A stretch of DNA of 64,000 nt from Methanotrichaceae archaeon (GTDB lineage: Archaea; Halobacteriota; Methanosarcinia; Methanotrichales; Methanotrichaceae): NCBI GenBank assembly GCA_963813075.1, contig CAWEXU010000005.1, forward strand, positions 128,001-192,000. The letters are read 5' to 3'. Positions 52,073 through 62,545 of this stretch are shown one piece after another; the first letter of the stretch is position 1, and each line of letters starts with the position of its first letter. The notes beneath the pieces were generated by a model. The model worked only from the letters and a program-made list of their open reading frames with translations, was not told the origin of the DNA and ran no database searches. The translations under genes and the position numbers were made by a program.

Positions 52073-54852
52073 ACCTCGATGACCGCTCCTTCCAGGACAT
52101 ATTCTTCAGGCACCCTCAGGCCGTAGGCGGTGCTCCCTACAGTCAGGGTGTAGTTACCTGCAGGCCTGGTGTCAAACTGAGTGCCACCGTTGATGGGGCC
52201 TTCAGTCGAATATGGGAGAACCAGGGTAAACTGGCCGTCGGAGTCGCTCACATTGGACTGTCTGTACTCGAAGATCCTGTTCTGATTGGTCAGGATATCC
52301 GCGGTGGCTATGACGGTAGTTCCTGCCGGGGCATTTCCTTTGACCACCGCTCCCGGCACATTCTCGAAGATCTTGACCCACTTCTGGCCGGTGGTGGTGA
52401 CTGGCGTCTCTGACTCATGCACCAGGCGGAAGTGCTGCAGGGCCTCCAGGGGCACAGCGGGAATCGCCGGGCTGGTGGAGCCGATCTCCGCCATATATCC
52501 CTTCTCTTTACTGGTTCGGACGAACTCCTCCAATTCTGTGCGGTTGCTGGTTATCTTGGGCGCTTCGGTGAGGACGGGAACTACCACACCCTCTGCTGCC
52601 TCCATTGGCTGATAGGACAGTCCTATACCCTGGTTTCCTGACACCTCCGATCCGTCGAAGAAGAACATTCGCGCAGTCATGGACTTGAAGTAGGGCTCTC
52701 GCCAGATCTGGAACTGGCCATAGCTATCTCCCTGCTCCTGCAGGAATGCACCCAGATAATTCGAATTGGATATACCGCTCCATGCAGCCATGGCATGGAA
52801 CTTCCCGGTGGCCATCTGCTGGTCGACCATCACATACTTGGTGTTCATATACTCTGACCGGTCACGGTCCAGATCTGCCAGCACCTTCTCTCCCTGACTC
52901 TCGTTCTCCGCCAGGAAGAAGGGAGACGATCCCGGCCGGTCCTGGGTGACGCTGCCTATTCCCTGCTGGAAGGGATTGGCATTGGGAATTCTGTGGCCCA
53001 CGACCTCGATTAGGTGGCCGTAATCCCACCAGGACATGATGCCATAAGCGGAATCAGGATATTGGTACCTCCCTTCCACGGGGCGTTCGTATTTCTCATA
53101 TAGATTCATTCCCGGGCTGGGGGTATTGTTCTCCAGCCAGGCGGTGGAGGTCAGCCAATCTGAGTCCGGGCCGCCTGCGCCGCGGGCATAAAATGTGCTC
53201 CAGCTCATGCTGGGCAGTATGATCAATGCGAAGATCAATATCGCCGCGCCAACTACCTTGAGGTTGGACTTTATTATCATGGAGAGATCCCTGCCATTGA
53301 CATCCAGGTCCAAATCCTCAAGGCCCACTTTCTGGAGAACCCATGTTACCAGGAATGCAGTCAGAATGGCCACATTGATTCCATAGTAATAGGCAAACCT
53401 GTTCTGGGCAAGGACCATGACCAGCATGATCAGAGACCATGACAGAAACGCTATATCCACTGCTCTTTGGCTTTTGACATTCCTGATTGCAAGCAGGAGA
53501 AGCGCCAGGAGGGCAAAGGTGAATGTCGTCAACAGGAGAGCAAGCCCTCCGTTGGCCTGAAAGTGGAAGAACCCTTCCACCCAGCCTATGCCCGGGAACC
53601 AGGTGAGGACATTGCCCAGTCCATTGGCAAATAATGGTGATACCTCACCGACGGTGGCCGCTCCACCCGACCTCTGCTGGAAGATGGACAGCCCCGCCAA
53701 TAGGGGCCGGGTGAAATCGGGGATGGCCAGATAGAGTATCGCTGTGCCGACCAGGGTAGCACCCAGGGTCGCTAAAGGATAATAGTACCTCTTAAGGCCG
53801 TTCTGGTCCAGATACCGGGAGAGAAAAGCGAAGACCAATGCCGCTGCCGCACCAATCAGGAGGATGGTGGGCTGGAAGAGGCTGTAGTAGTAGTGGTTGA
53901 ATCCGTAGTAGGGCTTGATGAATGGAAGGAGGGGAATGATAGCTGTCACGAAAGCAATGGCGGAGATGATGCTCAGGTACTCGACGCTTCTCCCCTTCAG
54001 ATGCTCAAAGATGCTCTGCCAGAAGACAAAGAAGAGTATCACTCCCACAAACAGGAATCCGGATGACCAGGCATCGATGTACAGCCCCAAAGATATCCCC
54101 GTCAAGAGGGAGTAGACCAGTGGAGTCTTAAATTTGGACCAGTCTTCTCTCAGGGTATCGAAGGTCATGCGCCTTCCGGAGCGCAGAGCCATGAGCAGGA
54201 ACATCATGGCCATGGTGCTGAGCAGGATCTCTGCCGCATGGTGGTCTGTGAATCCCAATGTGGTGCGGTTGAATAACTGGCCGGGAAGCACGGCTACGAT
54301 CAGTGCCGATATGAGGCCGCAGCTCTTTCCTGCCAATTCCCTTCCAATGAAATAGACCGGGAAGACCAGGAGTGCTCCCAGGACCGCAGGCATAAGGGCG
54401 CCAACGGTATCAACGAGATGCATGCTGGGATTGCCCAGACCCAGGATCTCAGAGACTATAGCAATTGCCCAGCTGTGGAAGGGGCCGAAATGCAGTGTCG
54501 TCCCGGTGGGAAAGTTGGTCATGGGATCAAACCAAAGCCTCTGATGGTTGATCACCACGCCCTTGGCGAGCATCATGTGATACCAGGCATCGGTCTCGCT
54601 GCTGAATAAGACCCCATTATCTGTGAAAACGTACTTCCAGTTATAATATGTGCGCAAAAAGAGGGAAACGGCTGCAGCCAAAATCAATCCTAGATAAAGG
54701 AATATATCGTTATTCTGCCAGAAGCCGGCCGATCTCTTTGTCTTGGTCTTTTTTTCCAGGGGGACGGACGGGATATCATGCTGACTGGCCTCCTGGCCAC
54801 CAGCCGTGATTTTTTTCCCTTCATCGCCCTTTCCATCCGATCTCTTAGACAT
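52069..54852 (-). CDS. aglB: Oligosaccharyltransferase AglB (STT3)
   Basis: Multi-TM; DAWYH, DHHAAE, SWWDYGH, NPFQQG. Confidence 0.95.
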   Translation of the reverse strand: MSKRSDGKGDEGKKITAGGQEASQHDIPSVPLEKKTKTKRSAGFWQNNDIFLYLGLILAAAVSLFLRTYYNWKYVFTDNGVLFSSETDAWYHMMLAKGVVINHQRLWFDPMTNFPTGTTLHFGPFHSWAIAIVSEILGLGNPSMHLVDTVGALMPAVLGALLVFPVYFIGRELAGKSCGLISALIVAVLPGQLFNRTTLGFTDHHAAEILLSTMAMMFLLMALRSGRRMTFDTLREDWSKFKTPLVYSLLTGISLGLYIDAWSSGFLFVGVILFFVFWQSIFEHLKGRSVEYLSIISAIAFVTAIIPLLPFIKPYYGFNHYYYSLFQPTILLIGAAAALVFAFLSRYLDQNGLKRYYYPLATLGATLVGTAILYLAIPDFTRPLLAGLSIFQQRSGGAATVGEVSPLFANGLGNVLTWFPGIGWVEGFFHFQANGGLALLLTTFTFALLALLLLAIRNVKSQRAVDIAFLSWSLIMLVMVLAQNRFAYYYGINVAILTAFLVTWVLQKVGLEDLDLDVNGRDLSMIIKSNLKVVGAAILIFALIILPSMSWSTFYARGAGGPDSDWLTSTAWLENNTPSPGMNLYEKYERPVEGRYQYPDSAYGIMSWWDYGHLIEVVGHRIPNANPFQQGIGSVTQDRPGSSPFFLAENESQGEKVLADLDRDRSEYMNTKYVMVDQQMATGKFHAMAAWSGISNSNYLGAFLQEQGDSYGQFQIWREPYFKSMTARMFFFDGSEVSGNQGIGLSYQPMEAAEGVVVPVLTEAPKITSNRTELEEFVRTSKEKGYMAEIGSTSPAIPAVPLEALQHFRLVHESETPVTTTGQKWVKIFENVPGAVVKGNAPAGTTVIATADILTNQNRIFEYRQSNVSDSDGQFTLVLPYSTEGPINGGTQFDTRPAGNYTLTVGSTAYGLRVPEEYVLEGAVIEV

Positions 54853-54967
54853 CAAAGCCCACAAGACCGTTCTATCCTCATAAACGTTTTGAATCAACCT
54901 TTGGCCAAAGCATGATAGAAGGATAAGGTGTACATAGGATCCTGGTGTATTGGTTATAAAAAAATGA

Positions 54968-55041
54968 TGGGCCCGACGCGATTTGAACGCGTGACCTCAC
55001 GGTTATCAGCCGTGCGCTCAACCTGGCTAAGCTACGGGCCC
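54968..55041 (-). tRNA. tRNA-Ile (anticodon GAU), intronless, CCA not encoded
   Basis: GGGCCCGTAGCTTAGCCAGGTTGAGCGCACGGCTGATAACCGTGAGGTCACGCGTTCAAATCGCGTCGGGCCCA folds as a cloverleaf. Confidence 0.95.
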
Positions 55042-55194
55042 GGTCCGCACTCTGCATTACCGGTCCCATTAATAACTGTTTCCCTAAAGCACCCCTGAGC
55101 AAAGGTCACGGGGCGGCCTTTGCCCAAGGTGCGTCAGGTCCTCAGCTCTTCGACAGCCTTAAATCAATGCAGCCAGATTATGATCATGGTGCTT

Positions 55195-55608
55195 ATGGAC
55201 CCTACCAATACTGAAAATAATAATGCTAAAGAGACTAAAGAGGATCTTGAAGGCCTCTATGATCTGGCCATACCTCTGAGCATGCCGGTTACTGTCATAC
55301 GCGAGCTGGTGGAGAAGTTCGATGTCGAACCTGTATTGCGGCCGGGCAAGATGGATATGACCGGCGAGGTTATGGACAGAGAGATTCTGGTGCTCAGAGG
55401 GGACCTGGAGACCGTCAAGGCGGTCGAGAAGTATATGTTCGAAGCCCTGGACAGGAAGATCGCCCAATGGAGTTCGAAGGACCGAGAAGAGAAGTACAAG
55501 AAGTACTCACGAGGAGCAGGCCAGTTTGAGGCTGAAGGAGGTAAAAGAGAACCCCGAAGCGGTAAACAGCTGGGAGCTTACCTCAGAGTGATGGCGATTC
55601 TGCTCTAA
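55195..55608 (+). CDS. Hypothetical protein; probable frameshift near 55510
   Basis: LYDLAIPLSMP...LVLRGDLETVKAVEKYM with host-like codons. Confidence 0.65.
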   Translation: MDPTNTENNNAKETKEDLEGLYDLAIPLSMPVTVIRELVEKFDVEPVLRPGKMDMTGEVMDREILVLRGDLETVKAVEKYMFEALDRKIAQWSSKDREEKYKKYSRGAGQFEAEGGKREPRSGKQLGAYLRVMAILL

Positions 55609-55630
55609 AGAGAAAGATCTGCGGACTGAA

Positions 55631-55978
55631 TCAGTCTATCAGTACCCATTTGTTTTTCCCCTCCCAGAGCTTAAGGGAGTAGAGCCTGATCGACGTGGCC
55701 TCCATCTCTTTTTTCAGCCGCTCTGCGATCCACCGGGCTATGCTCTCGGCAGTGGGGTTGGGAAGGATTTCATTCAGACAGCTGTGATCCAGCTCCTGCA
55801 GAGCGGATCCCAGGATCTTCTTGAGTTCATAGAAGTCCATGACGAAGCCGTCCTGGCCCACCTGGCCCTCCACCACCATCTCCACCTGGTAAGTATGGCC
55901 ATGCATGTGAGCGCATTTTCCCGAATAGCCGGGCAGGCTGTGGGCCGCATCGAACTCTGCGATCAGGCCGAGCTTCAT
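55631..55978 (-). CDS. queD: 6-carboxytetrahydropterin synthase
   Basis: FDAAH...CAHMHGHTY, LDH, NPTAE. Confidence 0.93.
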   Translation of the reverse strand: MKLGLIAEFDAAHSLPGYSGKCAHMHGHTYQVEMVVEGQVGQDGFVMDFYELKKILGSALQELDHSCLNEILPNPTAESIARWIAERLKKEMEATSIRLYSLKLWEGKNKWVLID

Positions 55979-56095
55979 TCCTGGACACCTCCCCGCCTTC
56001 TTTCGACCTCGCCCCGCCGATCGAGCGTTTTTCGCATCAAATTGCCTTCTTGCAGCATGAACGGACGAATGCTTCCTGGCTTATTAAATAGCTTA

Positions 56096-56887
56096 TCATA
56101 TGACATCTGCCGGCAGATCCGCCAGGATCCTCAGAGCCTCTGCCTCCATGAAATGCAGCTGTGCCGGGATGATCAGGATGTGAAGAGGTCCGCAAAAGTC
56201 ATAGTCCGGCAGACGGCTGAGGCGGTCGGCCTTCACCGTTGCGTCTCGAGATCCTGCCCTGGCTATGCCCACCGCAACCGCCTCAGACAGATGGTCCTCG
56301 CCGGCATTGGCCTCCATCTCGCTGAGCAGATCCGCGCCCTGGTTTATGGTCATATATCTCTCAACCGGATCCATCTGGATATCGAGGAAGAGCATGGTGT
56401 GAAGGTTGCGCTCCCGGTTTTCCATCAATACCTGGTAAGGGGTCTGGGGAATGATCCTCTTTCCCCTGGATATGTAGGGGAAGGGAATGGTGGTGGATCG
56501 GCCGAAGCGATAGTTCTGCAGTCCGCAAAGACCGGATACCGCAGTGACAATGGAGCTGGAATGAATCAGATCGGTCTTGATCCCCATCTTTATCGCTCTG
56601 AGCCTCAGGTCCAGGTGGGTGGTGGAGACCATAGCATCCCCCCCGGAGAGAAATACGATCTCCCGATCTCTGGCCTCCTCCAGCCAGGCGGGGTCCACCT
56701 CCACCTCCTGTCGCGATAGAATATGGATCTTCTTTTGGTAGAGTGCTTCCATCTTCTCCAGGGTGGTTCCCATCAGCCGGGAGGTATAAAACTCGGCATA
56801 GACGCCATCTGCAGAGCGAATAGCATCCAGGCCTTTGAGGGAGATGTCCTTTTCGTCATAAAGGCCGAGGCCTATGAAGTGGAGCAT
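56096..56887 (-). CDS. dph5: Diphthine synthase
   Basis: MLHFIGLGL, EFYTS, GDAMVSTTH, GLQNYRFG, LHTMLFLDI. Confidence 0.93.
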   Translation of the reverse strand: MLHFIGLGLYDEKDISLKGLDAIRSADGVYAEFYTSRLMGTTLEKMEALYQKKIHILSRQEVEVDPAWLEEARDREIVFLSGGDAMVSTTHLDLRLRAIKMGIKTDLIHSSSIVTAVSGLCGLQNYRFGRSTTIPFPYISRGKRIIPQTPYQVLMENRERNLHTMLFLDIQMDPVERYMTINQGADLLSEMEANAGEDHLSEAVAVGIARAGSRDATVKADRLSRLPDYDFCGPLHILIIPAQLHFMEAEALRILADLPADVI

Positions 56888-56986
56888 GACCATTCCTGGG
56901 ATCGCCAGTTTAAAAAGCTCCCCTCTTGGCCAGTTAGTCCTGTCCAGTTCGTCAGGTCTATATTCCATCCCTGCAAAGTGGGGGAT

Positions 56987-57641
56987 ATGATTGGCAGGAC
57001 AACTCAAGTAGTCGATTGCCGGGAGAGCATGGGTCTGGCCAAAGGGGGCGGACTGGCCCAGAGGGGCACCCTATCCGAGGCGACAAAGCCGGATGTTATC
57101 GCCATAGCCATGTCTCCGGGGAGGCGACACATCACCAAACCCGTCTGCGAGATGACATATGGTCTGCGCCGGGAGGGGATCCAGACCAGTGTCCTGGTTT
57201 TGGAAGGAGGGACCGGGGTTCCGGATAGCTTTCCCCAGGGGTCGCGAGGCTACGGACCGACCTTCGGCTTGTCGGAGAAGGAGGTAGAACAGGTAGCGCG
57301 CCATAAGATCGCCGTCTTCCATATGGGAAATGTCCGTTCCCATGTCGTTTTCAAGGCAAAGGAGATCCTCTCTCAGGTGGACATTCCTGCGGTGGTGGTT
57401 GCCCAGTGTCCCATGGACCTGGAGGACTTCGCCAAGGAGGGCGTCAAGGACCAGGCTGGTCAAGCCTTCCAGGCAGAAGACGGAAACCATGGGTGAGGTG
57501 GTGGATCTTGTCACCGGCATCACCAGGGGTTCGACCTGCAACCGGGTCAAGCTCAACCAGCTGGCTAAGGTTTTAAACAAGCATCTGGCAGAGATAAGCG
57601 ATCGCGAAGCTCGAGAAGCTGCCAATAAGAAGAAGCGATGA
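56987..57641 (+). CDS. mcrC: Methyl-coenzyme M reductase operon protein C; +1 frameshift near 57448
   Basis: MIGRTTQVVDCRESMGLAKGGGLAQRGT...SPGRRHITKPVCE...EDFAKEGVK/TRLVKP. Confidence 0.9.
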
Positions 57642-57670
57642 ATGGATTTTAATACCATTTTTTTGTAGAG

Positions 57671-58855
57671 ATGGCCCGAATGAAGCTGATTGTGATTTTA
57701 GGGGACGGCATGGCCGATCTCCCTCTGGTGGAACTGCAGGGCAGGACCCCGCTGGAGGTGGCAGATAAGCCCAATATGGACCGTCTGGCCAGAGAGGGAA
57801 GAAGCGGACTGGCGCTAACAGTACCGGACGGATTTCCGCCCGGAAGCGACGTTGCCAACCTCTCGGTGGCCGGCTATGATCCTCGCCGGTTCTACACCGG
57901 CCGCGCTCCACTGGAGGCGGCGTCCATGGGAGTGCATCTGGAAAAGGGAGATATCGCCTTTCGCTGCAACCTGGTCACCATAGACGATGGCATAATGATA
58001 GACTACAGCGCCGGGCATATCAGCACCGAGGAGGCCAGAGAGCTGATCGAGGCCTTAAGGCCCTTGATGCCCAAAGAAAGGCTTTATGCCGGAGTCAGCT
58101 ACCGACATCTTCTCGTCCTGGAAAAGGGTGCCGGGGCGGTCTGCACTCCGCCTCATGATATCAGCGACCAGCCTGTAGCTGGTTATCTGCCCCAGGGGGT
58201 GGAGGCAGAGGTGCTTTTGGAGCTTATGGAAGGGGCGAAATCCGTCCTGGCCCGTCATCCGGTGAACCTGAAAAGGATCCGGGAGAATAAGAGGCCAGCG
58301 AACGCCATCTGGCTGTGGGGCCAGGGGCCGAGGCCATCGATGCCCTCTTTCCTTGATCTGTACGGCCTGACCGGGGCCATGATCTCGGCGGTGGATCTCC
58401 TCCGGGGGATTGGCGTTTATGCCGGCCTGGAGGTGATAGATGTCCCCGGGGCTACGGGAACGATTGACACCAACTACTCCGGCAAGGTGAATGGAGCCAT
58501 CGATGCCCTCTTGCGCCACGACTTCGCCTATCTGCATATCGAGGCCCCGGACGAGGCCAGCCATGAGGGTGACCTGGATCAGAAGATCCGCGCCATTGAG
58601 CTATTAGATCAGCTGGTTGTCGGCCCGGTGGTAGATAGACTGGAAAAGAGCAAAGAGGACTGGCGCATTCTCCTCCTTCCCGATCATGCCACCCCCATCT
58701 CCATCAAGACTCACAGCCGGGATCCAGTGCCGTTTGTCATCATGGGAAAGGGAATCGAACCGGACGACGTAGACCGTTTTAATGAGCAATCGGCAAAGAA
58801 GGGCGGATATGGCAGGGTGGATGCCACAGATCTGATCGGGATGCTGGCAGCATAA
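57671..58855 (+). CDS. apgM: Cofactor-independent phosphoglycerate mutase (archaeal)
   Basis: GDGMAD, PGSDVAN, EAPDEASH, PDHATP. Confidence 0.92.
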   Translation: MARMKLIVILGDGMADLPLVELQGRTPLEVADKPNMDRLAREGRSGLALTVPDGFPPGSDVANLSVAGYDPRRFYTGRAPLEAASMGVHLEKGDIAFRCNLVTIDDGIMIDYSAGHISTEEARELIEALRPLMPKERLYAGVSYRHLLVLEKGAGAVCTPPHDISDQPVAGYLPQGVEAEVLLELMEGAKSVLARHPVNLKRIRENKRPANAIWLWGQGPRPSMPSFLDLYGLTGAMISAVDLLRGIGVYAGLEVIDVPGATGTIDTNYSGKVNGAIDALLRHDFAYLHIEAPDEASHEGDLDQKIRAIELLDQLVVGPVVDRLEKSKEDWRILLLPDHATPISIKTHSRDPVPFVIMGKGIEPDDVDRFNEQSAKKGGYGRVDATDLIGMLAA

Positions 58856-59801
58856 TGGATCTACGGGATCGCTTTAGAGGATGCCTGTTAGGAGGGGCGG
58901 CGGGAGATGCCCTGGGAATGCCGGTCGAGGGGTATACCGCGGAGCAGATCCAATCCCTTTTCGGCCGGATAGAGGATATGCACTCCCCCCCGGAAGGCCA
59001 TTTTCATGCCTGCCACCGGCCCGGCCAGTTCACCGATGATACGGAAGAGACTCTGATCCTGGCCGAGTCGATAATTGAGCACAAAGGCTTTTCTGCAAAC
59101 GGTTTTTCTGAGAGGCTCATGAGATGGGGGTCGACCTGGAGCCTGGACCAAGGCTCTGGAGCGGGGTGGGATTTGCCACCCGCTCTGCGGTGGAGAGCAT
59201 GATCGCCGGCACTCCCTGGCAGGAGTCGGGCATAAGCATACCGACATGCGGGTCGGCCATGCGCGCCGCCCCCATCGGCCTATTCTATCATGCCGACCTG
59301 GGACTGATCAGAAGCTATGCTGACCTGCAGAGCCTGCCCACCCATTCCGCTCCCGCCTCCCGGGCAGGCGCTGTGGCAGTGGCTTCAGGCGTCGCCTTAG
59401 GCCTTTTGGACCTCCCTAAAGAGATGATCCTGGAGGGTGCTGCCCGCCAGGCAGCGAGGTTGGATCCGGATCTTGCCGGGCGGCTCCTCTGGGTCCGAAC
59501 TCTTATTGACCTGCCGCCAAAAGATGCCCAGGATATGATCAGGAACTCGCCCCTGGCCAGGGAGACGGTGGTCTGTGCCTTCTACTGCTTTTTGCGCTTC
59601 GAGCCGGAGGAAGGACTGGTTGCCGCTGCCAGCGGAGGAGGGGACACCGACTCCATCGCCTCCATCGCCGGCAACCTTTTCGGCGCAGCTTATGGAGCCG
59701 GCTGGATACCTGAGCGCTGGCTGGTCTGGCTCGATCAGAAGGAGAGGATTGAAGGGATTGCAGAGGACCTGTTCAATCTGTCTGAATCCTTTAATCGATA
59801 A
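58855..59801 (+). CDS. ADP-ribosylglycohydrolase family protein; frameshift near 59150
   Basis: GDALGMPVE, FTDDTE, GSAMR, GGDTDSIASIAG across two ORFs. Confidence 0.88.
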
Positions 59802-59851
59802 GGCCGATATCATGCGCGGCGAATTTATATCAGTAGATCTCTGGATATCTT

Positions 59852-60877
59852 ATGATAGATGTAGGAATTGTCGGTGGATCGGGCTACACCGGTGGGGAGC
59901 TCTTGCGTCTCCTTGCAAACCATCCCGAGGTCAATGTTAAAGCGGTCACCTCCCGCAAGCTTTCGGGAAAGCCCGTGAGCCTGGTTCATCCTCATCTGAA
60001 GAGCATTTATTCTCTTAACTTTGAGGCGCTCAATGCCAGGGAAGCGGCCGAACGCTGCGATATCATATTCACCGGCGTTCCCCACGGAACGGCCATGGAC
60101 TGGGTTCCAGAGCTCCTGGATGCAGGGGCTAAGGTGATCGACCTCTCCTCGGACTACCGCCTGCCGGTGGATGTCTTTGAGAAGACCTATGGCATGAAAC
60201 ACCGTGCTCCCAGGGATGCGGTCTTCGGCCTGCCCGAGCTTCATCCCGAGGTGGCAGGAGCATTGCTGATCGGCAACCCCGGATGCTACCCTACCGGAGC
60301 TACCCTGGCCGTGGCACCCTTGGCCCATGCCGGCCTGGTGGAACGGGTGGTCTACGACTCCAAATCGGGGATCTCCGGCGCAGGGATAGAGCCCACCGAG
60401 ACCAGCCACTATCCCAATATGGCCCAGAATGTCATTCCCTATAAGATCACTAACCACAGACACGTCCCAGAGATAAAGCAGGAGCTAGAGCGCCTCTCAC
60501 CTGGCATCAAGGTGAACTTCACCCCTCATGTCATCCCCTCCGTCCGGGGTATACTGACCACGGCGCACGTATTCGCCAAAGAGGGAGCAGAGGATACCCT
60601 GCAGGACAGGGAAAAAGTGGCCAGGATATACAGCGATTTCTACAAAGATGCGCCTTTCGTCCGCCTGGCTGATGGAGTGCCCCGACTTGCTGCCGTGCGC
60701 GGCTCCAACTTCTGCGATATAAGCTTTGAGCCCGAGAAGGGCAGCGACCGATTGGTGGTCATCTCCGCCATAGACAACCTGGTTAAGGGCGCGTCCGGCC
60801 AGGCCATCCAGAACATGAACCTCATGGCAGGTCTGGACCAGAGGACTGGCCTCTGGTTCCCGGGATTGGCTCCTTGA
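59852..60877 (+). CDS. argC: N-acetyl-gamma-glutamyl-phosphate reductase
   Basis: GGSGYTGGEL, NPGCYPT, DNLVKGASGQA. Confidence 0.96.
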   Translation: MIDVGIVGGSGYTGGELLRLLANHPEVNVKAVTSRKLSGKPVSLVHPHLKSIYSLNFEALNAREAAERCDIIFTGVPHGTAMDWVPELLDAGAKVIDLSSDYRLPVDVFEKTYGMKHRAPRDAVFGLPELHPEVAGALLIGNPGCYPTGATLAVAPLAHAGLVERVVYDSKSGISGAGIEPTETSHYPNMAQNVIPYKITNHRHVPEIKQELERLSPGIKVNFTPHVIPSVRGILTTAHVFAKEGAEDTLQDREKVARIYSDFYKDAPFVRLADGVPRLAAVRGSNFCDISFEPEKGSDRLVVISAIDNLVKGASGQAIQNMNLMAGLDQRTGLWFPGLAP

Positions 60878-60911
60878 ATATGAGGTGGACGGAAAAGCAG
60901 GTGGATTCCTT

Positions 60912-61394
60912 ATGAAGGTCAGAGATGTGATGAACGTCATGCCCGTCACTGTACAGGCATCGGCAAATGTGAGCGAGGCGGCCAGGCTCCTTCGGGAGAA
61001 CAAGATCAGCGGGATGCCGGTTTTGGATGGCGAGAAGCTGTTGGGAGTTGTATCCGAGTCGGACCTGCTCCGACTCTTATCAGTAGAGGGTGAGTCCGAG
61101 GGGAGTCTATGGCTGCCCAGTCCCTTCGAGATATTCGAGGTCCCATTCCGCGACCTGGTGAAGTGGGAGAGGATGCAGTCCAGTCTGAAAGAGATCCCGA
61201 ATAAGGAAGTCGCAGATGTGATGAGCCGGAACCTGCATGAGATCGGGCCGGACGACTCCATTGAAGAGGCAGCGAGCATCATGACCCGCCACCGGATCAA
61301 CCGCCTCCCGGTGGTGGAGAATGGCCGGCTGGTGGGAATAGTAACCAGGGGCGATATCATATCCGGTCTGGGGATGGCCCATGCAGAGGATTGA
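60912..61394 (+). CDS. CBS-pair protein
   Basis: Two CBS motifs (ISGMPV...GVVSESD; INRLPV...GIVTRGD). Confidence 0.92.
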   Translation: MKVRDVMNVMPVTVQASANVSEAARLLRENKISGMPVLDGEKLLGVVSESDLLRLLSVEGESEGSLWLPSPFEIFEVPFRDLVKWERMQSSLKEIPNKEVADVMSRNLHEIGPDDSIEEAASIMTRHRINRLPVVENGRLVGIVTRGDIISGLGMAHAED

Positions 61395-62544
61395 GGGCGG
61401 GATCTGCGCCATTGAGGGCGTCCGAGCCTGTGGAGTGCGGGCAGGAAAGTACGGCCTGGCTCTAATCGCCGCCTCTGGTGCGGCGGCAGGGATGTTCACC
61501 ACCAACCATGTCCGGGCCGCTCCCCTGACGGTCACCGCAGAGCACCTGGCCGGGGGCCGTCTGGACGGGATAATCGCTAACAGCGGATGCGCGAACGCCT
61601 ACACCGGACCCCAGGGGATGGAGGACGCGAGAAAGATGGCTTCTTTACTGGCCGGATTTCTCAAGACGGACGAGCGGAAGATCGCCGTGGCCTCAACCGG
61701 GGTCATAGGCCGGTATTTGGATATGGATATCATCGGCCGGCTCTTCGATGAGGCAAAGGGGCGCCTGAGATCCGAGGGAGAGGCAAGCTCAGAGGCGGAG
61801 AGGGCGATCATGACCACGGACACCCGGGAGAAGGAGGTGGCTGTAGAGCACCAGGGCCTGCGGGTGGCAGGGATAGTCAAGGGCGCGGGGATGATCGAGC
61901 CCAACATGGCCACCATGATATGCTTTCTTTTTACAGATGCTGATTTTTCCGCGGAGGTGCTGAAAAGCTGCCTGGCTGATGCCGTCCAGGATAGCTTCAA
62001 TATGCTTACCGTGGATGGTGACACCAGCACCAATGATATTGTCATTCTCACCGCCACCGGCAGAACGCAGGGCCGGATAGAGGACTTCTCTGAGGCTTTG
62101 AGGTTTGTCTGCATGGACCTGGCCAGGCAGATGGCCAGGGACGGGGAGGGGGCGAGCAAATTCTTCGAGACGAGCGTCACCGGGGCCCGCAATGAGGCCG
62201 ATGCCCGGCTGGCGGCCAAAGCGGTGGCAAAAAGCAGCCTGGTCAAGACCGCAGTATTTGGGGCCGATCCCAACTGGGGGAGAATCATCTGTGCGGTGGG
62301 CTACTCCGGGGCGGAGATGGACCCGGATCTGGTCACACTGGGGCTGGAGGGCTCCGGACTGAAGGTCGATCTCGTCCAGAGGGGCCGGATCGCAGAGGAG
62401 GTGCTGGACAGGGCCAGGGAGATAATGTCCGGGAAAGAGATCATAATCAATATCGACCTGGGCCTCGGAGAGGCCAAGGCGCGCAGCTTTGGCTGCGACC
62501 TGACCCATGAGTATGTGAATGTGAACGCCAACTATACGACCTGA
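61381..62544 (+). CDS. argJ: Ornithine acetyltransferase
   Basis: NSGCANA, STGVIG, KGAGMIEPNMATM, DGDTSTND, DGEGA. Confidence 0.96.
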   Translation: MQRIEGGICAIEGVRACGVRAGKYGLALIAASGAAAGMFTTNHVRAAPLTVTAEHLAGGRLDGIIANSGCANAYTGPQGMEDARKMASLLAGFLKTDERKIAVASTGVIGRYLDMDIIGRLFDEAKGRLRSEGEASSEAERAIMTTDTREKEVAVEHQGLRVAGIVKGAGMIEPNMATMICFLFTDADFSAEVLKSCLADAVQDSFNMLTVDGDTSTNDIVILTATGRTQGRIEDFSEALRFVCMDLARQMARDGEGASKFFETSVTGARNEADARLAAKAVAKSSLVKTAVFGADPNWGRIICAVGYSGAEMDPDLVTLGLEGSGLKVDLVQRGRIAEEVLDRAREIMSGKEIIINIDLGLGEAKARSFGCDLTHEYVNVNANYTT

Positions 62545-62545
62545 T

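Noticed and set aside
54968..55041. tRNA-Ile as an integration site
   Set aside because: No duplicate of its 3' end was noticed, no integrase is present, and both flanks are ordinary chromosomal genes.
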